Shown: piece by piece, positions 36,294-49,100 of the stretch
Layout of the letters: each line of letters starts with the position of its first letter
How positions within the stretch are numbered: position 1 is the stretch's first letter
Assembly (NCBI GenBank): GCA_036785375.1
Contig: JAWMAR010000026.1
Location: 8,494,001 to 8,558,000, forward strand
Reading direction: 5' to 3'
DNA from: Leucoraja ocellata
Taxonomy: Eukaryota
DNA: 64,000 bases
The notes under the pieces: model-generated
What the model saw: only the letters and a program-made list of their open reading frames with translations
Database searches by the model: none
What the model was told of the DNA's origin: nothing
Translations under genes and position numbers: made by a program

Positions 36294-39149
36294 AGTGGGT
36301 CAGCACTCTGAGCAGGCCACCCTTCTTCCGACCCCATGTCACTGCTATATAACGTGGTGCCATGGCAAATAGACTTGGTGAATAAACCTGATTCTTCCCA
36401 GCACCACCCCCAGCACAGCAGACATTAATTCTCAGACATCCCCTCTGCCTAGAGGAAGGTATGCCTTGGATCTGTCTGTGATTTGGAACTATCGACTCCT
36501 TGCGTTCCAGCACCAATGCCTTTACCTCCATCTCCATCCCTTTTGTCTCCTGATCCTATCAAAACCTCACGCTCACATCACCTCCCTCATCTTTTCCCCC
36601 CTTGCCTCCTCCCCTCCACCTCCATTATCTCCATCCTCCCCTCACATGCCTCCCTTCCAATGCCCCACCTCAACTGCGTCTGTGGGCGGTGGAGGCAGGT
36701 TCTCTGGATGCTTTCAAGAGAAAGCTAGATAGGGCTCTTAAAAATAGCCAAGTCAGGGGATATGGGGAGAAGGCAGGAACGGGGTACTGATTGGGGATGA
36801 TCAGCCATGATCACATTGAATGGCGGTGCTGGCTCGAAGGGCCAAATGGCCTACTCCTGCTCCTATTATCTATTGTCTATTGTCAACTGTCAACTTCTCT
36901 CTACCTCTTCTCCTCTCTCCTCTAAATTTCTTGTACTTCCCCCTTAGCTTCCTCCCTCCTAATCACTTCCTTCTCCATCTCAATCTTCCTCCTCCTTCTC
37001 ACTCCCCTCCTCTTCATCTCACCGTCCATCGACCTCCTTTTCTCCTCCATTCCCTCCTCCTCCCTCAATGGTTCAAGAGCCTGAGACCTCTTCATCAACA
37101 CTCACTTCCTCCTGATATCTCCTCGATTCCAACAACCTCCAGTTTTTGCACACAGGAGGGCTAGGATGGCTTGAAGGGAGAGTCCTCACAAATGAAACTC
37201 ACCAACATTTTCCAGCAATATATCTGAAATTATATTACTAATTTACTTTAGTTCGGTATGCACCCCAGCACGCTACTCCTCCGATAGAGAGTACGCTACT
37301 CCTCCGATAGAGAGTAACCCCTTATGAAAAGTAGAGTGAAAATGGCACACACACATCAGTTAGAAGCTGACACAACACAAACTCAAGCCACCAATTGTGT
37401 CTGTATTGTAACCTTTCTCTCCCTGGCAGAATGTCTTTCTTGCCACAGATTGTCCATTCCAGCTGAAGATAACACTGGTTGTATGCACCTCTGGTCACCA
37501 AAATATGGGAAGGAAGTGATAGTTATAGAGAGAGTGCAGAAGAGATTCACCAGGATGGTTGCCTGCAATGGAAGGCTGTAACGATAAGGAGATTGGATAA
37601 ACAGTTTTTTTTTTCTCATTGCAATGTCAGAGTCTGAAGGGTGACCTTGTAGAGGCTTATAAAGTTATGAGGGGCATGAATAGGATAAATAGTCAAACTC
37701 TTTTTCACAGCATATGTGAGTTTAGAACAAGAGGACCTAGGTTTAAGGTGCAGGGGAGAAATTTAAGGAAGATCTGATGAGTAAACTCTTTCACACAGAA
37801 AGTGTCAATTTTATTTCACTGCCAGAGGAAGTGGTAGAGGAGAATACCATTACAACATTTAAAAGACATTTGGAAAAGTATATGAATAGGAAAATCTTAG
37901 GTACTGTATGATCCTAATATGAGCAAATCGAATTGTGCTACAACTCTCTGAAAACACTGTATCATTCAATGGGTTGGGAGCAGAGGTGACATAAGGTGAA
38001 ATCCACAGCAATAGCCTAACACAGAATGTGGGCAATCATTGGCAAACCTTGCTAAAGAATGGCAACTCCCGGCAACATGGCCAAGTCTAGCGAACCAGTC
38101 TTCAGAGAAAGAAAATTATCACATGTCCCATCCATCACATTTTAAACCTTGTTTTGAAAGAGACTTCAATATCTATTGGAAAAGAACCAGAACACTTGTC
38201 CTTTTGCTGATTTGCAGAATGAAGAGAAAGTGACTAATGAGGTAGCAGCAGTGTTTAAATTATTCATGATGAGCTCACAACCAACTAAGGCAAGAGTGGA
38301 GGCAAACAGAAAATGTGAATGAATAGCAATTTCAGAGAAGATATTTTGAGGAATGGTCTTCTGTTCATGAATAAAGACGTCTTTGAAGTCCTTGGCTGAG
38401 TGAGAACAGCATATGGTTGGCATAAAATATTATACTGGATTGTAAGAGACTATCCTCACCAATCTCCCCCAGCCTGTTATCTCCAGATCACCTCATATAA
38501 CTTAGAACAGTACAGCACAGAAACAGGGTCTTCAGCCCATAATGTCCACACTGAAAATAATGTTGTTAACCTCCTTGTCTTTATTCTCTGCAGAGAAAAA
38601 GAAACAATCCCTGGAATAATGTTGATTGCTAAAAATGGCAAATATTTAGCATGTTCTAAAGAAGCTGGAGTAGGGCATTCATGCCCTCTGCCATTCAATA
38701 AGACAGTGAGAACAGGTACTAGAGAACAACAGAGAGAAGCAACACACTGTGGTCTCCTTCAGCAACAAGCAGCTTCTGTTAGGGAAAAGGAAGTGCCAAT
38801 GTCATGGGCTGAACCCCTAACTGTGGTCTCTATTACTTCTAAACCAGGTGAGCTGAGCTTGTGAGGGCACTGCCCAAAAAGCCATGAGGATAGAGATGAG
38901 CATACAATGGAGGCAGGTGGAGGCAGGTTCTCGGGATGCTTTCAAGAGAGAGCTAGATAGGGCTCTTAAAAATAGCGTGATCACATTGAATGGCGGTGCT
39001 GGCTCGAAGGGCCAAATGGCCTACTCCTGCACCTATTGTCTATTGTCTATTGTCTATTGAGTACCACAGAATGGTGAGCCCAACGTCAACGGCGAGGATA
39101 ATTATTAGGCGGGACTCTGAGAGAGAGGATCGACATGTGTTTGGAAAGG

Positions 39150-41545
39150 CTGATTAGAGATAGTCAGCATGGCTTTGTGCATGGAAAACCATGTGTCACA
39201 AATTTGAGTTTTTATAAAAAGGTGACCAAGAAGATTGATGAGGGCGGTGTGATAGATATTGTCCACGTGAACTTTAACAAGACTTTAACAAGGTAAGAGA
39301 AGGTCTGGAATGCTAGATCAAATGGGATCCAGGCCCAGCTAGCCAGTTGGATACAAACTTGGCTTGAAGGTAGGAGAGTGTGGTGGTAGAGGATTATTTT
39401 CCAGGCTGGAGGTTCTGCAACGAATAGTGTGCCACAAAGATCAGTGCTAGATCCACTGTTCGTTATTTATATTATTAATTTGGATGTGAATGTAGGTGAC
39501 ATGTTTAGGACATTTGTGGAGGATACTAAAATGGATGGTATAGTGGTCAGTGAAGAATGTTACCTACAATTACAATGAGATAATCAATTGAGCAAGTGGG
39601 CCAAGGAATGTCAGGTGGAGTTTAATTCAGGTAAATGTGAGTTGTTGCATTTTGGTAAGATAAACCAGGGCAGGACTTACACAATAAATGGTAAGGCTCT
39701 GTCGAGTGTTATACAACACAGACAAAGAGGTCCAGTTCCTTGAATGCGTCAAACAGGTAGACAGAGAGGCGAAGGAGACATTCATTGGTGGGAAGGATGT
39801 GGGAATTATTATCAAGAATATTACCAGGACTGGACAAATTGAATAATAAGGAGAAAAAGAAGGACTTTTTTCCCTAGTGCGAAGGAGGCTAAGGAATGTT
39901 TTGTGGGGTATGTGCCAGGCATAGGTAAATGAGACAAGCTTGGTGAACCAACTTGGTTGGCATGGACTGCTTGGTTAGCCAACTTTGTTGACTGAGATAT
40001 ATGATTTATCAATAGAAAAAGGTGAGGTGATGGAAAACTGAAGGATGGATAATGTTGTGTCTCTATTTAAGAAGAGTTGCAAGGAAAAGCCAGGAACTAT
40101 AGATTAGTGAGCCTAACATCTGTGGTTAGCAAGTTACTGGAGCGTATTGTGGGGAATATATGAATTTGGATAGACAGGGCCTGATTATGTATAGTCAGCA
40201 TGGTTTTATACATGGGAGATCATGTGTATTGAATCATTGTTCCATGAAAGTGGCGTCACAGGTAGACAGGGTAGAAAAGAAGGGTTTCAGCACATTGGCC
40301 TTCATCTGTTAGGGTATTGAGTAGATGTGTTAGGATGTGATATTACAATTGTACTAGATGTTGGTGATGCCATATTTGGAGTATGGTGTTCAGATTTGGT
40401 CATCCTGTTATAGGAAAGATGGTGTTAAGCTGGAAAGAGTGCAGAGAAAATTTACGAGGATGTTGCCTGGACTTGAGGGCATGAAAAATAGGGAGAGGGT
40501 CGGCAGGCTAGGACATTATTTCTTGGAGTGCATGAGGATGGGGGGTGACCTTATAGAGGTATATAAGATCATGAGCGGAATAGAGAGAGTAGATGCGTGG
40601 AGTCCTTTACCCAGAGTAGGGGAATCAAGAATCAGAAGACATAGATTTATAGTGAGGGGAAAGATTTGAATAGCAACTTAAGGGGCCACTTGGGTGGCAG
40701 GTATATGCAATGAACCGCCAGGGGAAATAGTTGAGGCTGGTACTATAACAACATTTAAAAGACATTCGGGCAGGTACATAGATGGGAAAGGTTTGGAGCA
40801 ATATGGGCCAAATGCTGATTGGGAGGATTTGTGTAGATGGGGCATCTTGGTCGGTATGGGCAAGTTGGGCCAAAGGGAATCTTTCTATGCTGTATGACTC
40901 TATGACATGTTGAACTGAAAGGCCTATTTCCTGTATATAGTCTATGGCTCGATAACTCAAGGTCCTTGAGGTTTGAGTCCTTAATTTTCCTGAAGTAGCA
41001 ATGTGGATGTGGAGGTGAAGTAGGCAAATTACATGCTTGTCCTCAGAGCACATAGGTATATAGAGTTCGTATATTATGGTGTTTTCATGAAAAAAACTAG
41101 TTGGGGTGCATTTGGAGTATTGTGTATAGTTCTTGTTCTGCTGGAGATGATGCAGAGGAAATTTTCTAGGATGTTGGCTGAATTGGAAAATTTTACTTCC
41201 GGGGAGAGATTTAATATTTTGGGCTTGGAGTGAAAGATATAATAAGTATGTAAGATTTTTAGAGATACAGATAGAGTAGATAGTTAAAATCTGTGTCCCA
41301 TAATCAGGGTATTAAAAGAAAGAGAGTGTAGGTTTAAGAATCGAGGAATTCGTTTTTTTCGGGGGTCTGAGGGGTATGATTTTTTTTACACAGATAATGA
41401 TTGATATCTGTAACGAGAACGATATAATCTGATCAATCACTGTGTTTCTGAGGCATTTAGACAGACACCTAAACAGGCAAGACACTGCAGGATATGGACC
41501 GGGTTTGGGCAAATGGGGTTAGTGTAGATGGTCAAAAAAGTCAAG
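39150..41545 (+). mobile_element. Cluster of decayed CR1 fragments
   Basis: Repeated SQHGF, D/NFxKAFD-like and LEYGVQIWS...RKFTRMLPGL motifs. Confidence 0.8.
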
Positions 41546-41559
41546 ATGGATGTAGTGAG

Positions 41560-41698
41560 TAGGAAGGAACAGCTGAACGTTGTTTAAACCGAAGATAGAC
41601 TCAAAATGCTGGAGTAACTCAGCGGGACAGGCAGCATCTCTGGAGAGAAAAAATGGGTGTCGTTTCGGGTCGAGACCCTTCTTCAGGCTGATCAGACT
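41560..41698 (-). mobile_element. Short Penelope-derived insertion, hammerhead with mutated cleavage triplet
   Basis: Minus strand CTGAAGAAGGGTCTCGACCCGAAACGAC; flanked by GATGGATGTAGTGAG / GATGGATGTGGTGGG. Confidence 0.8.
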
Positions 41699-42076
41699 GA
41701 TGGATGTGGTGGGCCCGTTTCTGTGCTGTACGACTTCCCCACAGCCGGCTGACAATCCGTCACCAGAGAGCACATCCCCCTATCCCACGGAATTATTTCA
41801 GCGTTTGATCAGATCACTATTCAGCCTTTGAAGACTATCCTAATAAATCCGCCCTGGAAATGTAATCCTTGTGCCCTGGGGGTTGAATCTAAATTTCACC
41901 CCTTTCTAAGGCCAACACATTACACCCAGAAGTGAGTACAACATCACTCACTTCAATGTGCCTCCGGCAATTAAACTCGAGAGAATATAAACCAAGTTTA
42001 TGAAACCTGTCCTTGCGAAGTTAACCCTTTACACGCTGGCGTCCTGGCATTGTCGTCACCAACAGTGTCATTGAAA

Positions 42077-42177
42077 CATTCAGTCTGAAGAAGGGGTCTC
42101 GATCCGAAACGTCACCCATTCCTTCTCTCCAGGGATGCTGCCTGTCCCGCCGAGTTACTCCAGCAGTTTGTGTCTAT
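42077..42177 (+). mobile_element. Short Penelope-derived insertion with hammerhead motif (core 42085-42113)
   Basis: CTGAAGAAGGGGTCTCGATCCGAAACGTC; flanked by GTGTCATTGAAA / GTGCCATTGAAA (42065-42076, 42178-42189). Confidence 0.8.
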
Positions 42178-42227
42178 GTGCCATTGAAAAAAATCCTTAT
42201 AGATTAAAAACATGAATCAGCTCTTAC

Positions 42228-42252
42228 CATTTTTATCAGCTCTTCTGAATAT
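42228..42252 (-). CDS. NECAB2: NECAB2 exon 2 (25-nt microexon)
   Basis: ctag|ATATTCAGAAGAGCTGATAAAAATG|gtaaga = IFRRADKN(D), phase 0 to 1; start of EF-hand 1. Confidence 0.95.
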
Positions 42253-42759
42253 CTAGAGGGATCAAGAACATATCAATCAGGATGGTTCAGACACTGGGTA
42301 AAACACAAACTCAGCTGAAATTCAAACACCAATCCATACAGGGCAAGCCCCCCCCCCCCCCCCCCCGGCCCCACCGCCCTCGTATACGTTGCATTTCAGA
42401 AGCAAATCCTTGTGGTCAGGTGAGCACAATCAACCCTCATTCATAATTTTACATAAGTCTAACTTTGGCCAGTTTATCACTCGTTTCCCGGCGGTAATAC
42501 GATTCCCCTCTCCCCTTCGCTCTCGCTCGCTCCCTCGCTCTCCATCACTTCCATTTCCTTTCCGTTTTTCTCTCTCCCCCCCTCTCGTTTTCCTCCTTCA
42601 TTCTTAATTTTGCGTCCATTTCTCCCGCCTCCTATCCCCAACTGCCACTCTCTGGGATGTCCTCCTTTCCCCCGTCACTCTCTCAGCTACGAGAGTATGC
42701 GTGTTCTCCCCCCACCCTCTCTACCCTCGCCCCTCTCCCCTCGCTGTGTTTGGTTTGTC

Positions 42760-43560
42760 AATGGATGATTTTTTTTTCCGCCAAAGGGATTCTGCAGTGG
42801 TTGAAGACCACTGCCGACTGCGGGACGACGGTCCCGGCGCTCGGTCGCTACTCGCTGCGAGCAGATATTGCTCACAACCGCAGCAAACTAACGAGTGAAA
42901 GTTCCCTGTTGCCTCTCCTTCCCACCTATAACACCGGCATGTCAGACGCCATGGAGCACCAGCAAAGACAGCGCAGAATATGCTTCAAGTTGCGGACTAA
43001 AGTTGTTGATTCAACCAGGCACGGGCTTTCCCAGCCCCCGTCCGACCCCTGGGATCCGGGAAGAAGTTACCTACATCTAGTATGACTGAGATGCCTTTCC
43101 TGTTCTCGGGAACGACACGGTCCCGGCAAGCAGGTTCTCCCTTCAGGCATTCCCTGTCCCCGAACTTCTTCTCGCTCATCTTGGTGAAGACCCAGCGCAG
43201 TACCCCGTCCAGAGCCCTGATGCTGCGCTGACGCGCCGGTTGTTTGTCGAGACGCTGTCCCGTGTCCGTGCAGTAGCGAGTATCCTGAGCGCACATCTTC
43301 ACATCCTGCGGACCCCTCCCCACCCCTTCCCTCCCTCCCCTCGCCGTCACCACTCACGCACTCTCGCCGAGGGAGAGGGAGATGGAGATGTAGATAGATG
43401 GAAGAGAGAGTTTGGCGGAGAAAGGAGGGAGGAGCGAGGAAGAAAGAGAGGGGGTTACAGATATATACAGTGAGGGAAATAGAGGGGCAACGCCACAGTA
43501 AAATCGCCAGAGCACCGAACTGGCAGCTGCATTGTGCCGCAGGGCGATTAATATAAGCAG
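42760..43560 (-). promoter_or_regulatory. CpG-rich island over the NECAB2 promoter and exon 1
   Basis: Dense CG dinucleotides and high GC compared with the CpG-depleted flanks; spans the first coding exon. Confidence 0.7.
43075..43296 (-). CDS. NECAB2: NECAB2 coding exon 1 (N-terminal EF-hand calcium-binding protein 2)
   Basis: ATG at 43296 (AAGATGT), 222 nt, MCAQDTRYC...RALDGVLRWVFTKM...KGISVILD, then donor GTAGGT. Resembles the recalled human NECAB2 N-terminus (MCERAARLC...RALGGLLRWVGARM...AVILD), which NECAB1 lacks. Confidence 0.9.
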
Positions 43561-43639
43561 CCTATGTTTATTTCGGTTGTACAAATGCATTACTATAGAA
43601 AACGAGGGTGTGAGTGTGCGTGTGATTTCCACAGTGCTC

Positions 43640-44250
43640 CTGTTGAGATACATTCAGACAAGATTCTTCCAACTGTATTTGTGTCCATTTGATGTTTGCG
43701 GGTGTTAGTGCATGTTCCTGTATGCGCATATGTGGGATGACTGTGCGCGCGCGTGTGTTAGTACCACTGTTATTTAAACATCTGCTGTGTGCATCTATTT
43801 TTGACTGTTTTGAGCATGTGTTTGAGTTTATATGTGTATTTCTGCATTTACATATGCCTGCGTATGACTGATTGCATTGTAATGTATGTTCATGTATGCA
43901 GTGGCTGTGCCCGTGTATCTGTATATGCGAGATTGTATATTTGAGCGTTTTTATGTTGAGGCCTTATGTATCACTTTAGGTGTCCATGAATCTGTGGATT
44001 TCAGTGTGTGTGTTATGCAAGTATTGAATGTTGTATGTATATCTGTGCTTGTGTACATATGTGAGGCTGAGAGTGTGTATATGAGATCAAATTCCCCGTT
44101 TGTATCCTAACCTTATCTATTTCTGGTTCTGCAAAGATGTGTTTCTATATGTGCAAGTGTTTGTATTCTATCAGTGTGTGCATGTTTGCAAATGCACCTG
44201 TCAGTGGGTTTCCCTGCACTTATGTATATCTTTTTGTATGGCATCTGTTC
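43640..44250. repeat. Degenerate TG/TA-rich low-complexity tract
   Basis: Alternating tgtg/tatg text upstream of NECAB2. Confidence 0.75.
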
Positions 44251-44279
44251 GATGAAAGAGCAGCACAGCACTTCCATGT

Positions 44280-44800
44280 TCGGATGGTGTGCGTGTGACC
44301 TGGAGGAGATCCTGTAGGTGGTGGTGCTCCCACCCTGGTCCTTCTTGGTGATGGAAGTTACAGTTCAGGAGGTGCTGTGGCAGGTCATGCAACTGCAATG
44401 CATGTTGTGGGCGGTACATCTTGCAGCCACTGGTCTGATTATGGTGGAGGGAGTGAATGGTTCTTGTGCTAGATGGATTGCACATGAAACAAGCTGCTTT
44501 GACCTGCATGATGTCAAGACTCAGAGGAGCTGACATGCCTTATTGATAGTGGAATGTCTTTATGGTGTCAGGAGATGAATCATTCATTGTGGGTTACCCA
44601 TCTCCTGACCTGTTCTTGTAGCCATGGTACTTGTGTGGTCCAGTTGAATATCTGGTCAATGGTGACCCCTCAGATAGTTGATTGTGGCCTCAGTGATGAG
44701 GCAAGAGTAAGTGGTGAGACTCACTCTACTTGGAGATGGTCACTGCCTGGTGCTTTTGCTGCATGAATATTATTTGCCACTTGTGCCTGAATATTGTCTA
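44280..44800 (-). mobile_element. Old LINE fragment (distinct CR1/L2-like family)
   Basis: Minus-strand PQHL...WEHHHLQ..LQVT text; related pieces near 25380-25500 and 58360-58570. Confidence 0.55.
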
Positions 44801-45060
44801 TGTATTGGTGCACACAGACAGTAGGGATTCAGGTATTTGGATCATTGGGATCTCTTTCAGGGCAAAGGTGACCTGTACAAGAGAGACTAGTCACACTTGA
44901 ACTGGAGCGGGACGGATATCCTGGTTGGGAGATTTGCTGGATCTGCTTGACAGGGTTTAAACTCGACTGGCAGGAAACTAAAGTAGTGGTAATAATCTGT
45001 GAGAAAATTGAATCGAATATAGATATTAATGTGATCTAGTCCAGTAGGTTATACTTACAC

Positions 45061-45425
45061 GTTTATTTTATTTTATTTTAGTTTAGTCTAGATTAGCCTA
45101 GTTTAGTTTGGTCTAGTTTAATTTAGAGATACAGTATGGAAACAGGCCCTGTGTCCCACCGAGTCCACTCCGATCATCGATCACTCATTCACACTAGTTC
45201 CATTTTATCCCACATTCTCATTCACTGCATAGGCATTAGAGGCTATTTTTTACAAAGGCTTACACATCTTTGGGAATTAGGAGGAAACCAGAGCATCAGG
45301 AGGAAACCCATGCAGTCACAGAGAAAAGATGCAAATTCTGCACAGACAGCAATACCAGATCAGCTTTTAACCCAGGTCACTGGCACCATGAGGCAGCAGC
45401 TCTACCAACCGCTCCACTGTGTCAC
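45061..45425 (-). mobile_element. tRNA-derived SINE (HE1-like)
   Basis: (TTTAG)n tail followed by the reverse-complement body. Confidence 0.82.
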
Positions 45426-45439
45426 TCTATTTTAAGAAG

Positions 45440-47270
45440 TCTGATGGATAAAGCAGATGAACTTAGAACATGGATAGGCACTTGAGATTATGATATTATT
45501 ATTATTATTACAGGTAAATATGGTTGAGAGAGAGGCAGCTAAATGGCCTGAGGTACAAATGCTACCGATATGATAGGTGGAGGTGATTATGAGGTTGATT
45601 TGGAAGAACTTCCTGGAAATAGTCATATTTTGTGGGGTATGGTTAGCAAGGCCCTGTAGTCAGAACAATCAAACAAGGGGGATCACTTCAATGGGATTAT
45701 ACTCTAGGCTCTTTGAGAGTCAACAAGAATTAGAGGAACATATATAAAGGGAATTTGCGAAGTGTAGGAATAAAAGGGTTCTAATAGAATATTACTTTCC
45801 TAATATTGACTGGACTGCCATTGCGCTAAGGGATTAGATGGTAGAATTTGTTATGTGAGTCCAGGCATGTTGCCAGAAACAATATGTAGGTGGCCTTACC
45901 AGAGAGGGCAAACACTCAACCTCCTTTTGCGAAATGAGACTGACCAAATGGCTAAAAAAGGATAAGGACTGGTCCACAAATGAAAATCCTAAACTGGGGC
46001 AAGCCATTGGACAGGAATTTGCAACGATTGAAGGGGAGAGGTTGTTTGTGGAGAATGACACATCTAAGCAAGTGATAGGCTTTTAAAAGTGAGATTGGGA
46101 GAGTTCATGGCCAGTATGTTCCTGCTGAAGTGAAGAACAAGGCTGACAGAATTAGGAAACCCTGGCTGATGAGGGACAATGAGGCTTTGGTCAAGTAAAA
46201 GAAGGAGGCAGATGTCAGCTCTAGGAAGCTGGAATTAAGGACGCCCCTTGAGAATATGAGTGGTGTAGGAATACACTTGAGAAGGACATCAAGAGGGCAT
46301 AAAGAGGACATGACATATCTCTGACGGATAAGGTAAAGGAGAATCCTCAGAGATTCATTCAGTATAATAAGAGCCAAACGATAATCAGGGAGAGAGTAGT
46401 CCCCTTGCGGTCATCTAGGTGTGGAGCCACAGGAAATGAGCAAGTTCCACAGGTCGACAGATCCCCAAGGCCAGAACAGGTCTATCCTGGAAATTGTGGG
46501 AAACAAGGGGAGAAATTGGTCCGAAAGACTGGAAAGTGGCTTTTGGTGTGCCTGTATTAAGGAAGGGCTTCCGACACAAGCCAGAGATCTGCAGGCTGGT
46601 AAGCTGGTGGAATCGTTAATGGAGGGATTCTGAGGGTCAGGATCTATCTTCTTCTGGAAAGCCAAAAACTAATAAGAAGTAGTTAGCAAGACTTAGTGCA
46701 TCGGACATTGTGTCAAATTTGTTGGATCCTTTGTAAGAGATGGCAAAGAGGATCAATGAGGACAAGGCAGTGGACATTGTCCATGTGAACTTTAGCAAAG
46801 CTTTTGACAAGGGTCTGCATGGTAGGTGGGTCCAGAAGTTTATAACACATGGGATTGAGGGTGAATAAGTGAATTGGATACAACTTTGGCTGAGTAGTGG
46901 GAGGCAGAGGGCTCGATTGGAGGGTCATTTTTCAGACTGCAGGCCTGTGAACAGTAGTGTGCTGCAGGGATCGAAGCAAGGTTCCCTAAAGTTTGTCCTG
47001 TATATTAATGATAAGGATAACAATGTAGTTGGCTGGATTAGTGAGCTTGCAGATGCCACCAAAGTTGTTTGTAAAATGGAAAGTGAAGAAGATTGTCCAA
47101 GATTGCAACAGAATGTTGATCAATTTGGAAAATGGGTAAAGGAATGTTGGATCAATTTTAACTTAGACAAGTGTAGTGAAGCATTTTGCAATGTTTAACA
47201 GGGCCTGGGCGTGCACAGTGAGGGCCCTGGGTAGTGCTGTGGAAAAGAGAGAACTTGATACACTAGTACA
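45440..47270 (+). mobile_element. Long decayed CR1 ORF2 (endonuclease to RT)
   Basis: DELRTWI, FPNIDW, NFSKAFDK, NWIQLWLSSGRQR...VLQGS...LYIND...ADATK. Confidence 0.85.
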
Positions 47271-47859
47271 TTGGGTGTATGTGTTTCCATAAATTCATAT
47301 CTGCCTTTTGCTACATGTTGGTGCCTTTGAGGACGTATCGGCGTAAATCTGTTTTACGTCCATGTCCACATATATTTTTGGGTGAGGAAAGATGATTAAA
47401 AGATAAATCTGGATGCAGACACAGGGGATAACTCCATTGTGCTTCTGCAGCTACTCAAATGATCAAGAGGCTTCGGGATGTCACTCCAACAGTAATGTGA
47501 GACAAAGCAAGGATTCTGTCCTTTGTACTGTCCAGCTAGTTCTCCACTCATCAATGGGTGGTCCAGGGAGCCCAGTTCACCCGACACACTTGTGTCCTGG
47601 TTTTATTTTTGTTTGTAGTCTTAGTGGTAAATTAGTTGACTTGTTCTGGTCATGATAAGTGTGTTTTATTCTAATGTGTACATATGAGTCAGCTGTCATG
47701 TGCTGGTCTCATAGTGTGTGTGGAAATCCTGATGGGTTTGCGCTGGTCAGCACTGATCTTAACAGCTGTATAATAATGTCAGTGCCCGTGTGTGCTGGTT
47801 TTAGGCCATCCTCATAGGGAGTGTGCTTGCTGAATGACTGAGTTGCTAAACCAGGCCAG

Positions 47860-49100
47860 TCAATATACTCCCTACCATACATCTGCAAAAGTTCAACTGA
47901 GAATTCAGCAACATGCTGAAATCCTCAAACTTCTAAGGAAGCAGAGGTATCGATGAGCTATCTTTGTGATTGCATCAATGTGCTGGGCCCAGGGCAGATC
48001 TTCAGAGATGTGCACACCAGGAACATGAAGCTGGTTCAAGTTTCCTTGCACCACCACTGAAGACAGATGCATGGCCTCTCAGCTTTTCGTTCCTGAAATA
48101 AATCAGTAGCCTTGATCTTGCCAACATTAAGAACAAGATTGTTGTTCTTGCAGCATTCAGTATGATTATTGATCTCCTGTTCGCTGACTCATCGTTACCC
48201 ATTATTCGTCCATCAACGAATTTATTATTATTATTATCAAACTTTATTTCAGACTCATTACATAAAAATACATTGCATATAAAAACACCATAAAATACAT
48301 ATAAAAGCTTAGTATATTACTTGTAAAAACATCATAAATTATATACAAAAAACCCCACAATACATGATTTAAAATCCAGAATAAAAAGAAAGATCAGCAT
48401 CCTACAACGAGACAGCGAAACCAGTGTCTCCACAACTGGGATTCGTAGCGTGTAGTGCTAAACCTTATGTTTGACAAGCCCACGATAACTACATTTTTAG
48501 AGTCATTTATCCTGCAAATGGATTTATACGTATGATTTCTTAGGATAGCTTTTAAAGTACTGACTCTTGCAGCCACAAACATTTTACCAGCACTACACCA
48601 TCTAGATTTCCTTAGTAATGTTCTCATGACATAATTATAGGCCGCCTTTAGTCTCTGCAAACTTGTCTTTCCGTAGTTTGATCACAGGTCTGCAGTATAG
48701 AGTGGTGTACAATATGCTTTAAACAGAGACATCTTCACCACATCTGTACACGCACCAAACGTACATAAGAGAATATTCGCCTGTACATACAGCATATGTC
48801 GTTGCCTATAAATATTCTCATCATCTGTTATTTGTTCTGAATTTATTGTCAATGAATTTAAGGTGGCGTTGGACTGTCTCTGGCTGCACAGTCATGGGTA
48901 TAGAGAGAGTAAAGCAGGGGATAGACCATGCAGACCTAAGGATTGCTGATGGTCAACGAGGAGGAAGTGTTGTTGCAATTCACACTGATTGAGTCTTGCT
49001 GATGAGGAAGTTGTGGATCCAATTACAGATTGAAGAACGAAAGTCTAGTTCCCTGATTTTGAAAATAGGCTTAGAAGGCATGATGGTATTGAGCATTTGG
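47860..49100 (-). mobile_element. Rex1/Babar-like LINE RT remnant, interrupted by another LINE
   Basis: Recognisable reverse-complement RT text on both sides of 48227-48838; family assignment from memory. Confidence 0.55.
48227..48838 (-). mobile_element. RTE-X-like LINE 3' fragment with 9-bp TSD
   Basis: DDENIYRQ...LYVQANILL...VKMSLFKAYCTPLY...LQRLKAAYN; AATAAA plus (ATA)n tail; TSD GAATTTATT at 48218-48226 and 48839-48847. Confidence 0.75.

Noticed and set aside
42953-42975. REST/RE1 site in NECAB2 intron 1 (GGAGCACC-agcaa-AGACAGCGC)
   Set aside because: Both half-sites are mismatched and the spacing is non-canonical.
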